The position numbers were made by a program, and so were the translations under genes. This document shows positions 38,411 through 48,348 of a stretch of DNA of 64,000 bases, one piece after another (position 1 is the stretch's first letter; the number at the start of each line of letters is the position of its first letter). The DNA lies in the NCBI GenBank assembly GCA_025451235.1, contig JANWKT010000025.1:56201-120200 (forward strand), given 5' to 3'. The stretch is from Flavobacteriales bacterium. GTDB lineage: Bacteria; Bacteroidota; Bacteroidia; CAIKAF01. A model generated the notes under the pieces. That model did not search any database, was not told the origin of the DNA, and saw only the letters and a program-made list of their open reading frames with translations.

Positions 38411-39703
38411 ATGATGAAAAAGTTATTCTTTGCATTATCTCTTTCCCTTATTTTAGTTTCGATTCGTAACAGCTGGTCTCAATCCGGTTGTAACTGCCTA
38501 TTGCCAGTTGATACCTCCTTTACATTGGCCATTCCTCCATCCGATGATATGAGCAGTGCAAGGATAGACCTGCCTTTTTCTTTTAATTTCTATGGTCAAA
38601 CCGCCGATAGTGCCTATATAAATAACAATGGAAACATTAGTTTTGGGATCTCCTATGCCGTTTTTAGTTCCAATTTATTTCCAACCAGTCCGGAGAGAAT
38701 AATTGCTCCATTTCACGCCGATGTAGATACCCGGGATACAGCTGGAGGATTAGCTGACCATGGAAAGGTCTATTATAAATTAACACCATCCGCCTTGATT
38801 GTTAAATGGGAAAACGTGGGTTATTACGATCGACAATTTGATAAACTCAATACTTTTCAACTGATCATTACCAATGGATCGGATAGCCTCATACCTAATG
38901 GAAACAATGTAGCTTTTTGCTATGGTGATATGCAATGGACCACCGGAGAAGCATCAGCAGGCACCAATGGATTTGGAGGAATACCGGCAACCGCAGGTAT
39001 TTGCAGGGGAAACGGAGTTGACTACTTTCAACTGGGTACATTTGATCATCCGGATACTGTTTATGATGGCGGATATGTAACCGCTGATGGTATTAACTTT
39101 TTAGACAACCGGAATATTCTAATAAACACTTCTTTGAGCACAGAGATCCCTCCTGTTGCCTTGGATGATTATTGTGATACAACCTTTATTGTCGTCAATC
39201 AAATGGAAGAATTTATAGATTATTTTATGACCCCTGAAATATCCGAAACGAATAGTACAGTTACCATCACTCCTCCCTCTTCAGGATTCAATTTGATCAA
39301 TTCAACCGGTGGCCATTCACCTATGGTGAATTATTCATTTATTGGAACTAGTTTCAATATCGGGCTTAATCATATTGAATTTGATGTGGGTGATGGTGGA
39401 GCCATTGTATCACACTTCGAACGGGTAATCATAGTCATTGATAATACCGGAACAGAAGGGGTTGATCAAGCTCAACATACTTTATATCCAAACCCCAGTA
39501 ACGGATTGGTAACCCTGCAAGTGCCGGCTTCTTTAGTAGGGGAAAAAATGGTGCTCACAGATGCCTTAGGGAAACAAATTCAAACTTCCATTATTCAATC
39601 TCAAACTGAGCAATTTAATTTAACCACATTGGATCGGGGTATTTATTTCATCACCATTCTCAATGGTCAAGGAAACATCACAAAGAAATTACTCAAGCAA
39701 TAA
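38411..39703 (+). CDS. Secreted protein with T9SS C-terminal sorting domain
   Basis: Signal peptide and a C-terminal 'LYPNPSNGLVTLQVP...GEKMVLTDALGKQI...LDRGIYFITI' region. Confidence 0.75.
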   Translation: MMKKLFFALSLSLILVSIRNSWSQSGCNCLLPVDTSFTLAIPPSDDMSSARIDLPFSFNFYGQTADSAYINNNGNISFGISYAVFSSNLFPTSPERIIAPFHADVDTRDTAGGLADHGKVYYKLTPSALIVKWENVGYYDRQFDKLNTFQLIITNGSDSLIPNGNNVAFCYGDMQWTTGEASAGTNGFGGIPATAGICRGNGVDYFQLGTFDHPDTVYDGGYVTADGINFLDNRNILINTSLSTEIPPVALDDYCDTTFIVVNQMEEFIDYFMTPEISETNSTVTITPPSSGFNLINSTGGHSPMVNYSFIGTSFNIGLNHIEFDVGDGGAIVSHFERVIIVIDNTGTEGVDQAQHTLYPNPSNGLVTLQVPASLVGEKMVLTDALGKQIQTSIIQSQTEQFNLTTLDRGIYFITILNGQGNITKKLLKQ

Positions 39704-39720
39704 GACTGGAATAGTCTTGC

Positions 39721-40431
39721 CTACACTTTACTTAACAACCGGCCTACGATCATTACCTCGAATAAATGGGTAAAGATCGATTCGATGTTCATCGAATTTT
39801 TAATGAAGGGAGCAAAATTACTATCAGGTGGATCCATGGAAGCCACAATATAACCGCTGTGAATATAACAGGTATTGTATAATTTCGAAATATCCGCATC
39901 TGCTACCACCGAGTTGGGAACGATAATACCCATCATAGCATAGATAAAAGTGAATAAGATAATGATCAATAAAAATATATTGGAGGCTCCCAACAACGAA
40001 TCTCTTATTTTCAGGTTTTCTCCAAATACATCCGTTACTGCTTCATAAAAGCTGGTAAATACCATCCATAAAGTAACGGTAGTAGTACAGCCCAGGATGA
40101 TCCGGTATAAATGGAAATTAGATTGCTCCAGTTTACTGATGGTGGCAATAAAAATAACAATGGTGGAAGCGGTGAGTGCAATGGCCAGGGTATAAAAATA
40201 CCACCGCTTATTGATAAAATGGTAAAGAAAAAACAAGGAGGAAGTGGTTAAAGCAAGAGAGGTAAAGAGGTCGAAAAAATCAGCACCTGTAGGGCTCACA
40301 AAATAATCGGCTTCTCTGGAAGCGGGTCTTATCACCAGGTTGGAAAATAAACTCAATGCCTGAAAGATCAATAGCCATACATAGAGCGGAAACCTTCGCT
40401 GGTTGATCTTAGGATGTATGCTAGAAGCCAT
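39721..40431 (-). CDS. Hypothetical polytopic membrane protein
   Basis: 236 aa with 5–6 hydrophobic helices. Confidence 0.55.
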   Translation of the reverse strand: MASSIHPKINQRRFPLYVWLLIFQALSLFSNLVIRPASREADYFVSPTGADFFDLFTSLALTTSSLFFLYHFINKRWYFYTLAIALTASTIVIFIATISKLEQSNFHLYRIILGCTTTVTLWMVFTSFYEAVTDVFGENLKIRDSLLGASNIFLLIIILFTFIYAMMGIIVPNSVVADADISKLYNTCYIHSGYIVASMDPPDSNFAPFIKNSMNIESIFTHLFEVMIVGRLLSKV

Positions 40432-40501
40432 GTAGTTTTCAATAATAGTGGTTAAATATAAAAAAAACTATTTTAAAAAATTTAGCCTACATTCGTAATG
40501 C

Positions 40502-41680
40502 ATGAAAGTGGTTGGTTTAATTCTGTTGATGTGTCTGGGAAACTCCTTGTTTTCCCAATCATGGTCGCAGGTGGTGGATTTTCCTGGCTCCGCCAGGGAT
40601 GATGCTGCTAGTTTTTCTATTGGTGACTATGGTTATGTGGTTACTGGTATGGACCAGGGCTTTAATACCACCGCCAATGGCTATAGATACCATCCATATA
40701 GCTATATCTGGTTCCCGATCGACACCTTACCTGCAGTTCCCCGACAATATAGCTGTGCTTTTACCATCAACAACAAAGCCTACTTGGTAGGTGGGGTAAA
40801 CGGGAGTCAATATTTAAACGATTGCTGGGAATATGATCCTTTGTTAGATAGCTGGACGGAAAAAGACACCCTTCCCTCTTTTGGCAGATCCGCCTGTATA
40901 TGTTTTAGCCTGAATGGAAAGGGATACATAGGAACTGGTGCTACTAATGGGAATACATTAACCGATGAATGGTGGGAATACGACCCTTTAGCTAATTCAT
41001 GGGCGCAAAAGCTTGATTTTCCTGGAGGAGCTAGAAAAGTAGCTACCGGTTTTGCGGTAAATGGTAAAGGATATCTGATCGCGGGAATTGATTCGGCCCT
41101 GCAAATGAAAAAAGATGTTTGGGAATACGATCCTCTCTTGGATACCTGGACCCAGCAAACCGATTTCCCTGGTACGGCTCGTTTTTATGGTGAAGGGATC
41201 TCCATGGCCAATACCGGATATCTGCTCACCGGATGGGATACCACCCAACAATATACCAACGACCTATGGGAATATAATGATGCACTTGATTCATGGACCG
41301 AATTGGATACCATCCCCTCTTTCGGAAGAAAAGGGATCAGTTCATTCACTGTAAACGGCCATTTATTTTTTACTACCGGGATCGACCAGAATGGGGACAG
41401 GCTTATTGAAACATGGGCTTATGGCAGCACAATAGGGATCGATGAGGAAAACGAAGGGTCTATGCATATTTATCCCAATCCATCAGAAGGGGAAATGAAT
41501 TTAACAGCAACAAACGGGCAGTCCATTGATTTAACGATTACCACCTTGTTGGGTAATGTTATATACAAAAACGTGGTGAATGAATATCCGTTCAGGATCA
41601 GTATAGAAACTCCAGGTATCTATTTTCTCGTTTTTATGCTCGATGGTCATGCCCATTCTCAAAAGGTAATTATCTACTAA
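40502..41680 (+). CDS. Kelch-repeat beta-propeller protein with T9SS C-terminal sorting domain
   Basis: Five 'W(E/W)YDPL..SW' Kelch-like repeats and a C-terminal 'IYPNPSEGEMNL...GIYFLVF' region. Confidence 0.75.
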   Translation: MKVVGLILLMCLGNSLFSQSWSQVVDFPGSARDDAASFSIGDYGYVVTGMDQGFNTTANGYRYHPYSYIWFPIDTLPAVPRQYSCAFTINNKAYLVGGVNGSQYLNDCWEYDPLLDSWTEKDTLPSFGRSACICFSLNGKGYIGTGATNGNTLTDEWWEYDPLANSWAQKLDFPGGARKVATGFAVNGKGYLIAGIDSALQMKKDVWEYDPLLDTWTQQTDFPGTARFYGEGISMANTGYLLTGWDTTQQYTNDLWEYNDALDSWTELDTIPSFGRKGISSFTVNGHLFFTTGIDQNGDRLIETWAYGSTIGIDEENEGSMHIYPNPSEGEMNLTATNGQSIDLTITTLLGNVIYKNVVNEYPFRISIETPGIYFLVFMLDGHAHSQKVIIY

Positions 41681-41688
41681 AGAGCATC

Positions 41689-41722
41689 CGCAATGCCTAT
41701 GGACAGGGCATTGTCAATTTTT
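41689..41722 (+). terminator. Hairpin terminator
   Basis: caatgcc-tatggacag-ggcattg followed by tcaattttt. Confidence 0.5.
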
Positions 41723-41820
41723 AAGAAAATGTCGAAAACATTTTTTGTTTTTAGGCTTCCTATTATATATATTTATACTAATGAAGGATCGAGAGATAAC
41801 TGATTTAAACCAATTCAATC

Positions 41821-43062
41821 ATGAAAAACATCTACTTCTCTGCTCTCCTATGCCTTAGTATCCCTTTAACCCTCCAAGGTCAGAACCTGGCCCCCAATCC
41901 TAATTTTGAGATCTATTCAACCTGTCCTAATTCCGTTGCTCAATTGCAGTATGCAACTGGATGGATGCATGTATCCGGGCATGGCGGATCTGCGGATTAT
42001 ATGAATGTATGTTCTGCAAGTGGATTAGTGGATGTACCCGGCAATGCATTTGGGACCCAAACTCCTGGATCAGGAAATGGTTATGTGGGATTTGCCATGT
42101 ATTATCAAAGCACCCCTGACTTCAGAGAATATATTCAGACCCAATTTACCTCTCCTTTAGTGGCTGGTCAAACGTATACTATCCAATTCAGCGCATCATT
42201 ATCCGATAACTCTACCTTTTCTGCTCCTTGTTTCCAGTTTTATTTTTCAAATGCTGCTCTTACTTGGGGACTGGGTGGATGGGGACCTATTACAACCGTT
42301 ACCCCACAGGTATCTTCAACGGTTCATATTACCAGCAAAACTACCTGGCAAACATTAACTGCAACTTATACCGCCGTAGGTGGAGAACAATTTATGACCA
42401 TGGGTAATTTTAGAAATGATGCTACCACTCCCGGTATTACTCCAGCAGGTGCTGGAGCCTATACTACCGTTTATTACTATATAGATAATTATTCTGTTAC
42501 ACCTGGAGCACCCTTGCCGGTGGATCTCTTGTATTTCAATGGGGAATGCTCTGATCACGGTACTACATTGAGGTGGACCACCGCATCTGAGATCAACAAT
42601 GACTATTTCACCATAGAGTCAAGTACGGATGGAGTAAATTATACCACAGAATTTACGGTTGATGGAGGTGGAAATTCGAACGAAGAAAAAACCTATAGCT
42701 ATACAACTCAGCTCAGGGGAATTCCTGGTATGTATTTCCGTTTAAGCCAAACAGACTACGATGGGAATGTGCATGAGTTTTCGCCCAAATATATTTCATG
42801 TGAAGAATCTTTGTTGGATGATTGCCCGGTTGTATTTGCTAACGAAGACCAGGTAGATATAGAAATATATTCTTCCTCTGGTGAAGAGTTAAATATGACG
42901 CTATTAGATAGCAAAGGGTCCACCCTGCAAACGTTACATACAAATACTGCGGAAGGCCTGAATACCGTTAACATGAATACCGAAGGATTATCTGCGGGCA
43001 TTTATATTGTTGTAATATCAGGAGCCAATCGCCAATGCAGTGCTAAATTCCTGAAGAATTAA
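41821..43062 (+). CDS. Secreted protein with T9SS C-terminal sorting domain
   Basis: Signal peptide and a C-terminal 'VDLLYFNGECSDHGTTLRWTTASEINNDYFTIESSTDG...' target-domain pattern. Confidence 0.75.
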   Translation: MKNIYFSALLCLSIPLTLQGQNLAPNPNFEIYSTCPNSVAQLQYATGWMHVSGHGGSADYMNVCSASGLVDVPGNAFGTQTPGSGNGYVGFAMYYQSTPDFREYIQTQFTSPLVAGQTYTIQFSASLSDNSTFSAPCFQFYFSNAALTWGLGGWGPITTVTPQVSSTVHITSKTTWQTLTATYTAVGGEQFMTMGNFRNDATTPGITPAGAGAYTTVYYYIDNYSVTPGAPLPVDLLYFNGECSDHGTTLRWTTASEINNDYFTIESSTDGVNYTTEFTVDGGGNSNEEKTYSYTTQLRGIPGMYFRLSQTDYDGNVHEFSPKYISCEESLLDDCPVVFANEDQVDIEIYSSSGEELNMTLLDSKGSTLQTLHTNTAEGLNTVNMNTEGLSAGIYIVVISGANRQCSAKFLKN

Positions 43063-43180
43063 TACAAGCGTTTCTTTTATCCAAACAACATTATTTACCA
43101 CCACTGTACGGTCATAAAAAAGCAATTTTCCTTGCTTTTTATTCTATGATATTTTAAATTTGAATATACAGCGAAAGCTT

Positions 43181-44365
43181 ATGTCCGATACGATAGCAAA
43201 TGACTTAATACCCTCCTTGATCCCTCATCCTAAAAAAGAAGACAGGGATAACATGGTTCTCTACTATACATATTACGAAAAATACAAGGACCGGCTTCAA
43301 AAAGAACTGGTGGATGAACTGGCCCTTCACCCATTCTGGAGTCAGATCATGAAAACCATTTCTCCGGAGCAGCAGGAAGAACGAAATAAACTTTCCCAGG
43401 AACTTCAGAAAAAGGCCATTTACCAGAACGATTGGGAGCCTTATGTAACCGACCTGGTCCATCAGGGAATCATGTATGCAACGATGGGGGTAAGCTTCGG
43501 TTTATGGTTCGAGTTAGTGAACATGTACAGAAAGTATGTAACCGTTTTGCTAGTCAGCGATAACGAGCCTAAAAGCATACAGATCATTGAGGGGATGAAT
43601 AATTTCATGGATATAGCGCTTTCGATTATTGGTGAAGCGTATGTGGCAGAGAAAAAAAGTATTGTTGAGCACCAGAAAAAAGAGCAGGAAAACTTAAACA
43701 AAGAATTAGAGCAATTCCTCTACATAGCCACCCATGATCTACAGGAACCTTTAAGAAATATAACCAGTTATGTTCAGCTAATGCAAAAAAAATATGCAGG
43801 CAAGCTGGATGAAAATGGAAATGGTTATTTGGCCTATATCGATACATCTACTAATTTAATGAGAGAACTGGTAAAAGGGCTGATGGATTATTCAATTATT
43901 GGAAATGAGAAGATCGCTGAAAAAACAGATTGCAACGAATTGATCCAAAAAGTAGTGGATAATATGCAGGCTGCTATTGAAGAAAAGGAGGCCAGTATTA
44001 TCATCAACCAATTGCCCACCATTAATATATACCCCAGGGAAATGAGCCTGCTGTTTCAGAACCTGATCAGCAATGCGCTTAAATTCAGCAGGGACCAGGT
44101 GCCTCCGGAAATTACCATCTCTTCAAAAAAAGGCAAACATGCCTGGGAGTTTTCCGTAAGTGATAATGGGCTTGGGATTGATCCCAAATACTTTGAAAAG
44201 ATCTTTGTTATTTTCCAACGTCTGCATCCGAGAACCAAATTTGAAGGAACTGGAATTGGCCTTGCCCACTGCAAAAAAATTGTGGAGTTGCATCATGGAA
44301 AGATCTGGGTTGAATCCAAAATAAATGAAGGCACTACTTTTTACTTTACTATTCATGAAAAATAA
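43181..44365 (+). CDS. Soluble sensor histidine kinase (HisKA + HATPase_c, no TM)
   Basis: H-box 'IATHDLQEPLRNI' and N/G boxes 'LISNALKFS' and 'GTGIGLAHCKKIVELHHGKIWVES'. ATG at 43181; the ORF-track TTG is at 43160. Confidence 0.85.
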   Translation: MSDTIANDLIPSLIPHPKKEDRDNMVLYYTYYEKYKDRLQKELVDELALHPFWSQIMKTISPEQQEERNKLSQELQKKAIYQNDWEPYVTDLVHQGIMYATMGVSFGLWFELVNMYRKYVTVLLVSDNEPKSIQIIEGMNNFMDIALSIIGEAYVAEKKSIVEHQKKEQENLNKELEQFLYIATHDLQEPLRNITSYVQLMQKKYAGKLDENGNGYLAYIDTSTNLMRELVKGLMDYSIIGNEKIAEKTDCNELIQKVVDNMQAAIEEKEASIIINQLPTINIYPREMSLLFQNLISNALKFSRDQVPPEITISSKKGKHAWEFSVSDNGLGIDPKYFEKIFVIFQRLHPRTKFEGTGIGLAHCKKIVELHHGKIWVESKINEGTTFYFTIHEK

Positions 44366-44370
44366 ATATT

Positions 44371-44793
44371 ATGCCGCAACCATCTGAAAAAAAGTTAAAA
44401 TGCATCTTGTTAATAGATGACGATCAAATTACCAACTCGATACATAAAATGGTGATCGAAGATGTTGGTGTCAGCAGGAATATAGAAATCGCAGAATCTG
44501 CTGACATTGCACTTCAGTTATTGGATTGCCCGAAGGTAAATGATTGCAAAACTCCCGATGTTATCTTCCTGGATCTCAATATGCCTGGGATGAATGGATG
44601 GGATTTCCTGGAATCATATCGCGAGAAGAAAAAGGATTGTGAAAATAAATCGATCATCATTATTCTTACCAACTCTACCAATCCTTATGATAAGTTAAAA
44701 GCTGAAAAATATGAGGAGGTAGCAGGTTTTAGGAGTAAACCATTAACTGACTTGATGATACACGAGATTATGGATCGTTATTTTCGTGTTTGA
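44371..44793 (+). CDS. Single-domain response regulator (CheY-like receiver)
   Basis: 'ILLIDDDQITN' and 'FLDLNMPGMNGWDFL'; 140 aa. Confidence 0.85.
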   Translation: MPQPSEKKLKCILLIDDDQITNSIHKMVIEDVGVSRNIEIAESADIALQLLDCPKVNDCKTPDVIFLDLNMPGMNGWDFLESYREKKKDCENKSIIIILTNSTNPYDKLKAEKYEEVAGFRSKPLTDLMIHEIMDRYFRV

Positions 44794-44929
44794 AGAGAAG
44801 AAATAAAATTTAATTAAATTTTATTCTTTTTTAATTGGATCATGAATAATTAAATTCCTAAATTAGTTATTGTAACGCTGCCCGGTGTTTCCCTATGTTA
44901 TTTATTAACCAAGTTCTTAAACAAAAAAA

Positions 44930-45340
44930 ATGGGGAAGACTATGAGCCTGAAACTACATAAAGCGCTATTGATTGATGATGACTGTCTGACGAACTATCT
45001 ACACCAAATCATAATAGAAGAATCCGGGATCTTTGAAGAAGTAGAGATTGCCGAAACTGCCATGGAAGCTATGGATAAACTTGAACGTGAAAACGTCAAG
45101 GATTATCCTGAAATTATTTTTCTGGATTTGAATATGCCTGGCCTTGATGGCTGGGATTTTATCAAAGATTATAGTATCCATAAGAAATCCGATAAGAAAA
45201 CTGTCATTGTTATTCTTACTTCATCCGATAATCCGGACGATAAGATAAAAGCCATCTTTGCCAAAGGTGTATATGCTTATGTGAATAAGCCGCTTACCTA
45301 CGATAAGCTGGTGGATATTGTATGTAAGTATTTGCACTAA
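44930..45340 (+). CDS. Single-domain response regulator (CheY-like receiver), paralog of 44371
   Basis: 'ALLIDDDCLTN' and 'FLDLNMPGLDGWDFI'; 136 aa. Confidence 0.85.
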   Translation: MGKTMSLKLHKALLIDDDCLTNYLHQIIIEESGIFEEVEIAETAMEAMDKLERENVKDYPEIIFLDLNMPGLDGWDFIKDYSIHKKSDKKTVIVILTSSDNPDDKIKAIFAKGVYAYVNKPLTYDKLVDIVCKYLH

Positions 45341-45473
45341 AATACTTGGAAAAAGAGGCCTGAGATAAGGGTCTGTCTGTCGAAGCGACCGCCCTGCTTT
45401 TCGGCTGGCGGACCCAGCCGGGCCATTCGGATGTTGCATCTTTACTGCTTATCACGGACCCAGATCAATCAAT

Positions 45474-45507
45474 AAAAAAGCCCGATCAAATGATTCGGGC
45501 CTTTTTA
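45474..45507 (-). terminator. Rho-independent terminator of gyrA (bidirectional hairpin)
   Basis: aaaaaa-gcccgatcaaatgattcgggc-cttttt, located 17 bp past the gyrA stop. Confidence 0.7.
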
Positions 45508-45523
45508 CGATTTCGTTTATTAA

Positions 45524-48109
45524 TTAGTTATCTGAAGGAGGAACTTCATCTACCCCATTGCTGATATCATCAGCAAGAGTTTCAATATCCGTTATTTCTA
45601 AATCCTCCTCATCTACCGCCTCTTTACGTACACGGGCAATAGCTGCTATCTCATCATTGTCTTTCAGGTTGATCAACCGTACTCCTTGAGTTGCACGACC
45701 CATCACCCTCAAGTCAGAAACCAGCATGCGGATCAAGACACCTTTTTTAGTGATGATCATTAGGTGGTCACCGTCTGCAACCGGTTTGATGGCTACCAGA
45801 AACCCTGTTTTATCGGTTACATTAATGGTTTTTACTCCTTTACCTCCCCGGCCAGTTACTCTATATTCTTCCTCACCGGTCTCTGGATCCGTAATAAAGG
45901 AACGTTTTCCATATCCTTTCTCCGATACCACGAGCAAATTGGTTTCTTTCAACACATTTTGCGGTGCAATGATCATTCCTACCACTTCATCCTGGGCACT
46001 TTCCAAGGTAACCCCTTTCACCCCGGTAGAGGTACGTCCCATCGGCCTTACTTTTGCCTCATTGAACCTGATCGCTTTACCGGATTTTTTCGCAATAATG
46101 ATGTCACAGGTGCCATCAGTAAGTTTGGCTTCTAATAATTCATCATCTTCCCTCACATTAATGGCATTGATACCATTTGCCCTGGGTCGGGAATAAGCTT
46201 CGAGCTTGGTCTTTTTGATCACCCCTTTTTTGGTACACATCACAATATAATTATTGTTGATATACTCCTCATCCGTTAGGTTCTTCACCGGCATAAATGC
46301 TTTTACCTTATCACCGGGTTCAATGCTCAAAAGGTTTTGTAGCGGACGACCTTTGGTTGCTTTTGCTCCTTCAGGCACCTCATATACTTTTAACCAGAAA
46401 CATTTCCCTTTTTCGGTAAATAACATCAGGTAATTATGAGTAGTTGCAATGAAAAGGTGTTCCAGAAAATCCTCATCACGGGTTGTACTACCTTTAGAAC
46501 CTGTGCCTCCACGACTCTGAGCTTTATACTCAGTAAGCATGGTCCGCTTGATATATCCTAAATGAGAAATGGTAACTACCACCGGTTCATCCGCAATCAA
46601 GTCCTCGATGGAAAGATCATCTCCACTATATTCTATCTGGGTACGACGTTCGTCACCATATTTTTCTTTCACGTGCTCCAGCTCTTCCTTGATGATATCC
46701 ATCCGAAGGTTTTCGTTCGACAGTACTTCTTTATACCAGGCGATTTTCTTCATCAGTTCATCATATTCTTCACGAATCTTCTCCCGTTCCATGCCGGTAA
46801 GTCTTTGCAGACGTAATTCCAGGATGGCTTTGGCTTGCTCTTCACTTAAGTTGAAAGATTCAATTAACCCTGTTTTAGCTACCTCAGGTGTAGAAGAAGC
46901 TCGGATCAATTTGATCACTTCATCCAAATGATCCAGGGCAATGAGATATCCCTCCAATATATGGGCCCGTTTTTCGGCCTGGTCCAGTTCATATTGGGTC
47001 CTGCGGGTAACTACCTCATGTCGATGGTTCACAAATTCCCGCATCATGTCTTTTAAGTTCAATACAGTTGGCCTTCCTTTTACCAAGGCTATATTGTTAA
47101 CTGAGAATGAGGACTGTAAAGATGTGTATTTAAATAGCTGATTTAAAACGATATTGGCAATCGCATCCTTTTTCAACTCAAATACGATCCGCATTCCTTT
47201 CCGATCTGATTCGATGCGTACATCGCTGATCCCATCAATCTTTTTGTCATTCACCAGCTCAGCGGTCTTTACCTGGATCTCAGCAGGGTTCACCTGATAA
47301 GGTACCTCGGTCACAATGATCTGTTCACGGCCGCTTTTCAGCACCTCAACCGTCGTTTTGGCACGCATGACAATTCGTCCCCTGCCTGTTTCAAAGGCTT
47401 GTTTTACGCCTTCATAACCATGTATGATCCCTCCGGTAGGAAAATCCGGTGCCTTCACAAACTTCATGAGTTCGCTGATCGTGATATCCCGGTTATTGAT
47501 ATAGGCAGTAATACCATCTACCACTTCTGTAAGGTTATGAGGGGGCATATTGGTCGCCATTCCCACCGCAATACCCGAAGATCCGTTGACCAAAAGGTTA
47601 GGTATTTTGGAGGGTAAAACGGTTGGTTCTTCCAGGGAATCGTCAAAATTCAACCTCCAGTCGATCGTGTTTTTATCAATATCCTCTAATAATTCTTCGG
47701 CTGTCTTTTTCAACCGTGCTTCTGTATAACGCATGGCTGCAGGGCTATCACCCTCGATGGAGCCAAAGTTACCTTGTCCATCTACCAAAGGATAACGCAG
47801 CGACCATTCCTGGGCCATACGCACCATGGCATCATAAACTGAGCTATCACCATGTGGGTGGTATTTACCTAAAACCTCCCCTACGATCCTTGCTGATTTT
47901 TTATGTGGCCTGTTGGAAGATACCCCCAGGTCAAGCATTCCATACAATACCCTTCGATGTACCGGCTTTAGGCCGTCTCGTGCATCAGGCAAGGCACGGG
48001 ATACTATTACCGACATCGAATAATCGATGTAGGCGGTTTTCATTTCTTGTTCAATGTTAATGGGAATGATGCGTTCTCCGCCCCCCTCATTCACTGGATC
48101 ATCTGCCAT
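45524..48109 (-). CDS. gyrA: DNA gyrase subunit A
   Basis: '[14 protein letters not shown]', '[10 protein letters not shown]' and the C-terminal beta-pinwheel repeats; 861 aa. Confidence 0.95.
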   Translation of the reverse strand: MADDPVNEGGGERIIPINIEQEMKTAYIDYSMSVIVSRALPDARDGLKPVHRRVLYGMLDLGVSSNRPHKKSARIVGEVLGKYHPHGDSSVYDAMVRMAQEWSLRYPLVDGQGNFGSIEGDSPAAMRYTEARLKKTAEELLEDIDKNTIDWRLNFDDSLEEPTVLPSKIPNLLVNGSSGIAVGMATNMPPHNLTEVVDGITAYINNRDITISELMKFVKAPDFPTGGIIHGYEGVKQAFETGRGRIVMRAKTTVEVLKSGREQIIVTEVPYQVNPAEIQVKTAELVNDKKIDGISDVRIESDRKGMRIVFELKKDAIANIVLNQLFKYTSLQSSFSVNNIALVKGRPTVLNLKDMMREFVNHRHEVVTRRTQYELDQAEKRAHILEGYLIALDHLDEVIKLIRASSTPEVAKTGLIESFNLSEEQAKAILELRLQRLTGMEREKIREEYDELMKKIAWYKEVLSNENLRMDIIKEELEHVKEKYGDERRTQIEYSGDDLSIEDLIADEPVVVTISHLGYIKRTMLTEYKAQSRGGTGSKGSTTRDEDFLEHLFIATTHNYLMLFTEKGKCFWLKVYEVPEGAKATKGRPLQNLLSIEPGDKVKAFMPVKNLTDEEYINNNYIVMCTKKGVIKKTKLEAYSRPRANGINAINVREDDELLEAKLTDGTCDIIIAKKSGKAIRFNEAKVRPMGRTSTGVKGVTLESAQDEVVGMIIAPQNVLKETNLLVVSEKGYGKRSFITDPETGEEEYRVTGRGGKGVKTINVTDKTGFLVAIKPVADGDHLMIITKKGVLIRMLVSDLRVMGRATQGVRLINLKDNDEIAAIARVRKEAVDEEDLEITDIETLADDISNGVDEVPPSDN

Positions 48110-48348
48110 TTCGTCGCTGTTTTTAGATTAGCACAATATTTGTTTTAATTCTCGTCAAAATAACAAAATTCGCGGTAATTAAACGGGTTATTTTTAAGTT
48201 ATTTATGTAACAATTACCAACAAATTTATGTTAAAAATCATAGGTGGAAATCCCTTGGAAATCCTAATAATGAATTACATTTGATAACCATAAAACCAAT
48301 TTGAACGAAAACACATCTTTAATTGTATTAATAATAGATAACTGAATT

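Noticed and set aside
45350-45450. GC-rich block with cggctgg..ccagccg hairpin between the second receiver gene and gyrA
   Set aside because: Most simply a terminator or structured 3'-UTR for the receiver gene. It is too short and unconserved-looking to call an RNA gene without data.
45726-48060. Several 120–156-aa ORFs on the + strand inside gyrA (45726..46196, 45764..46135, 46569..46931, 47623..48060)
   Set aside because: Antisense to a highly conserved, full-length gyrA. They have low-complexity Ser/Leu/Pro-rich translations typical of antisense frames and no start or RBS context.
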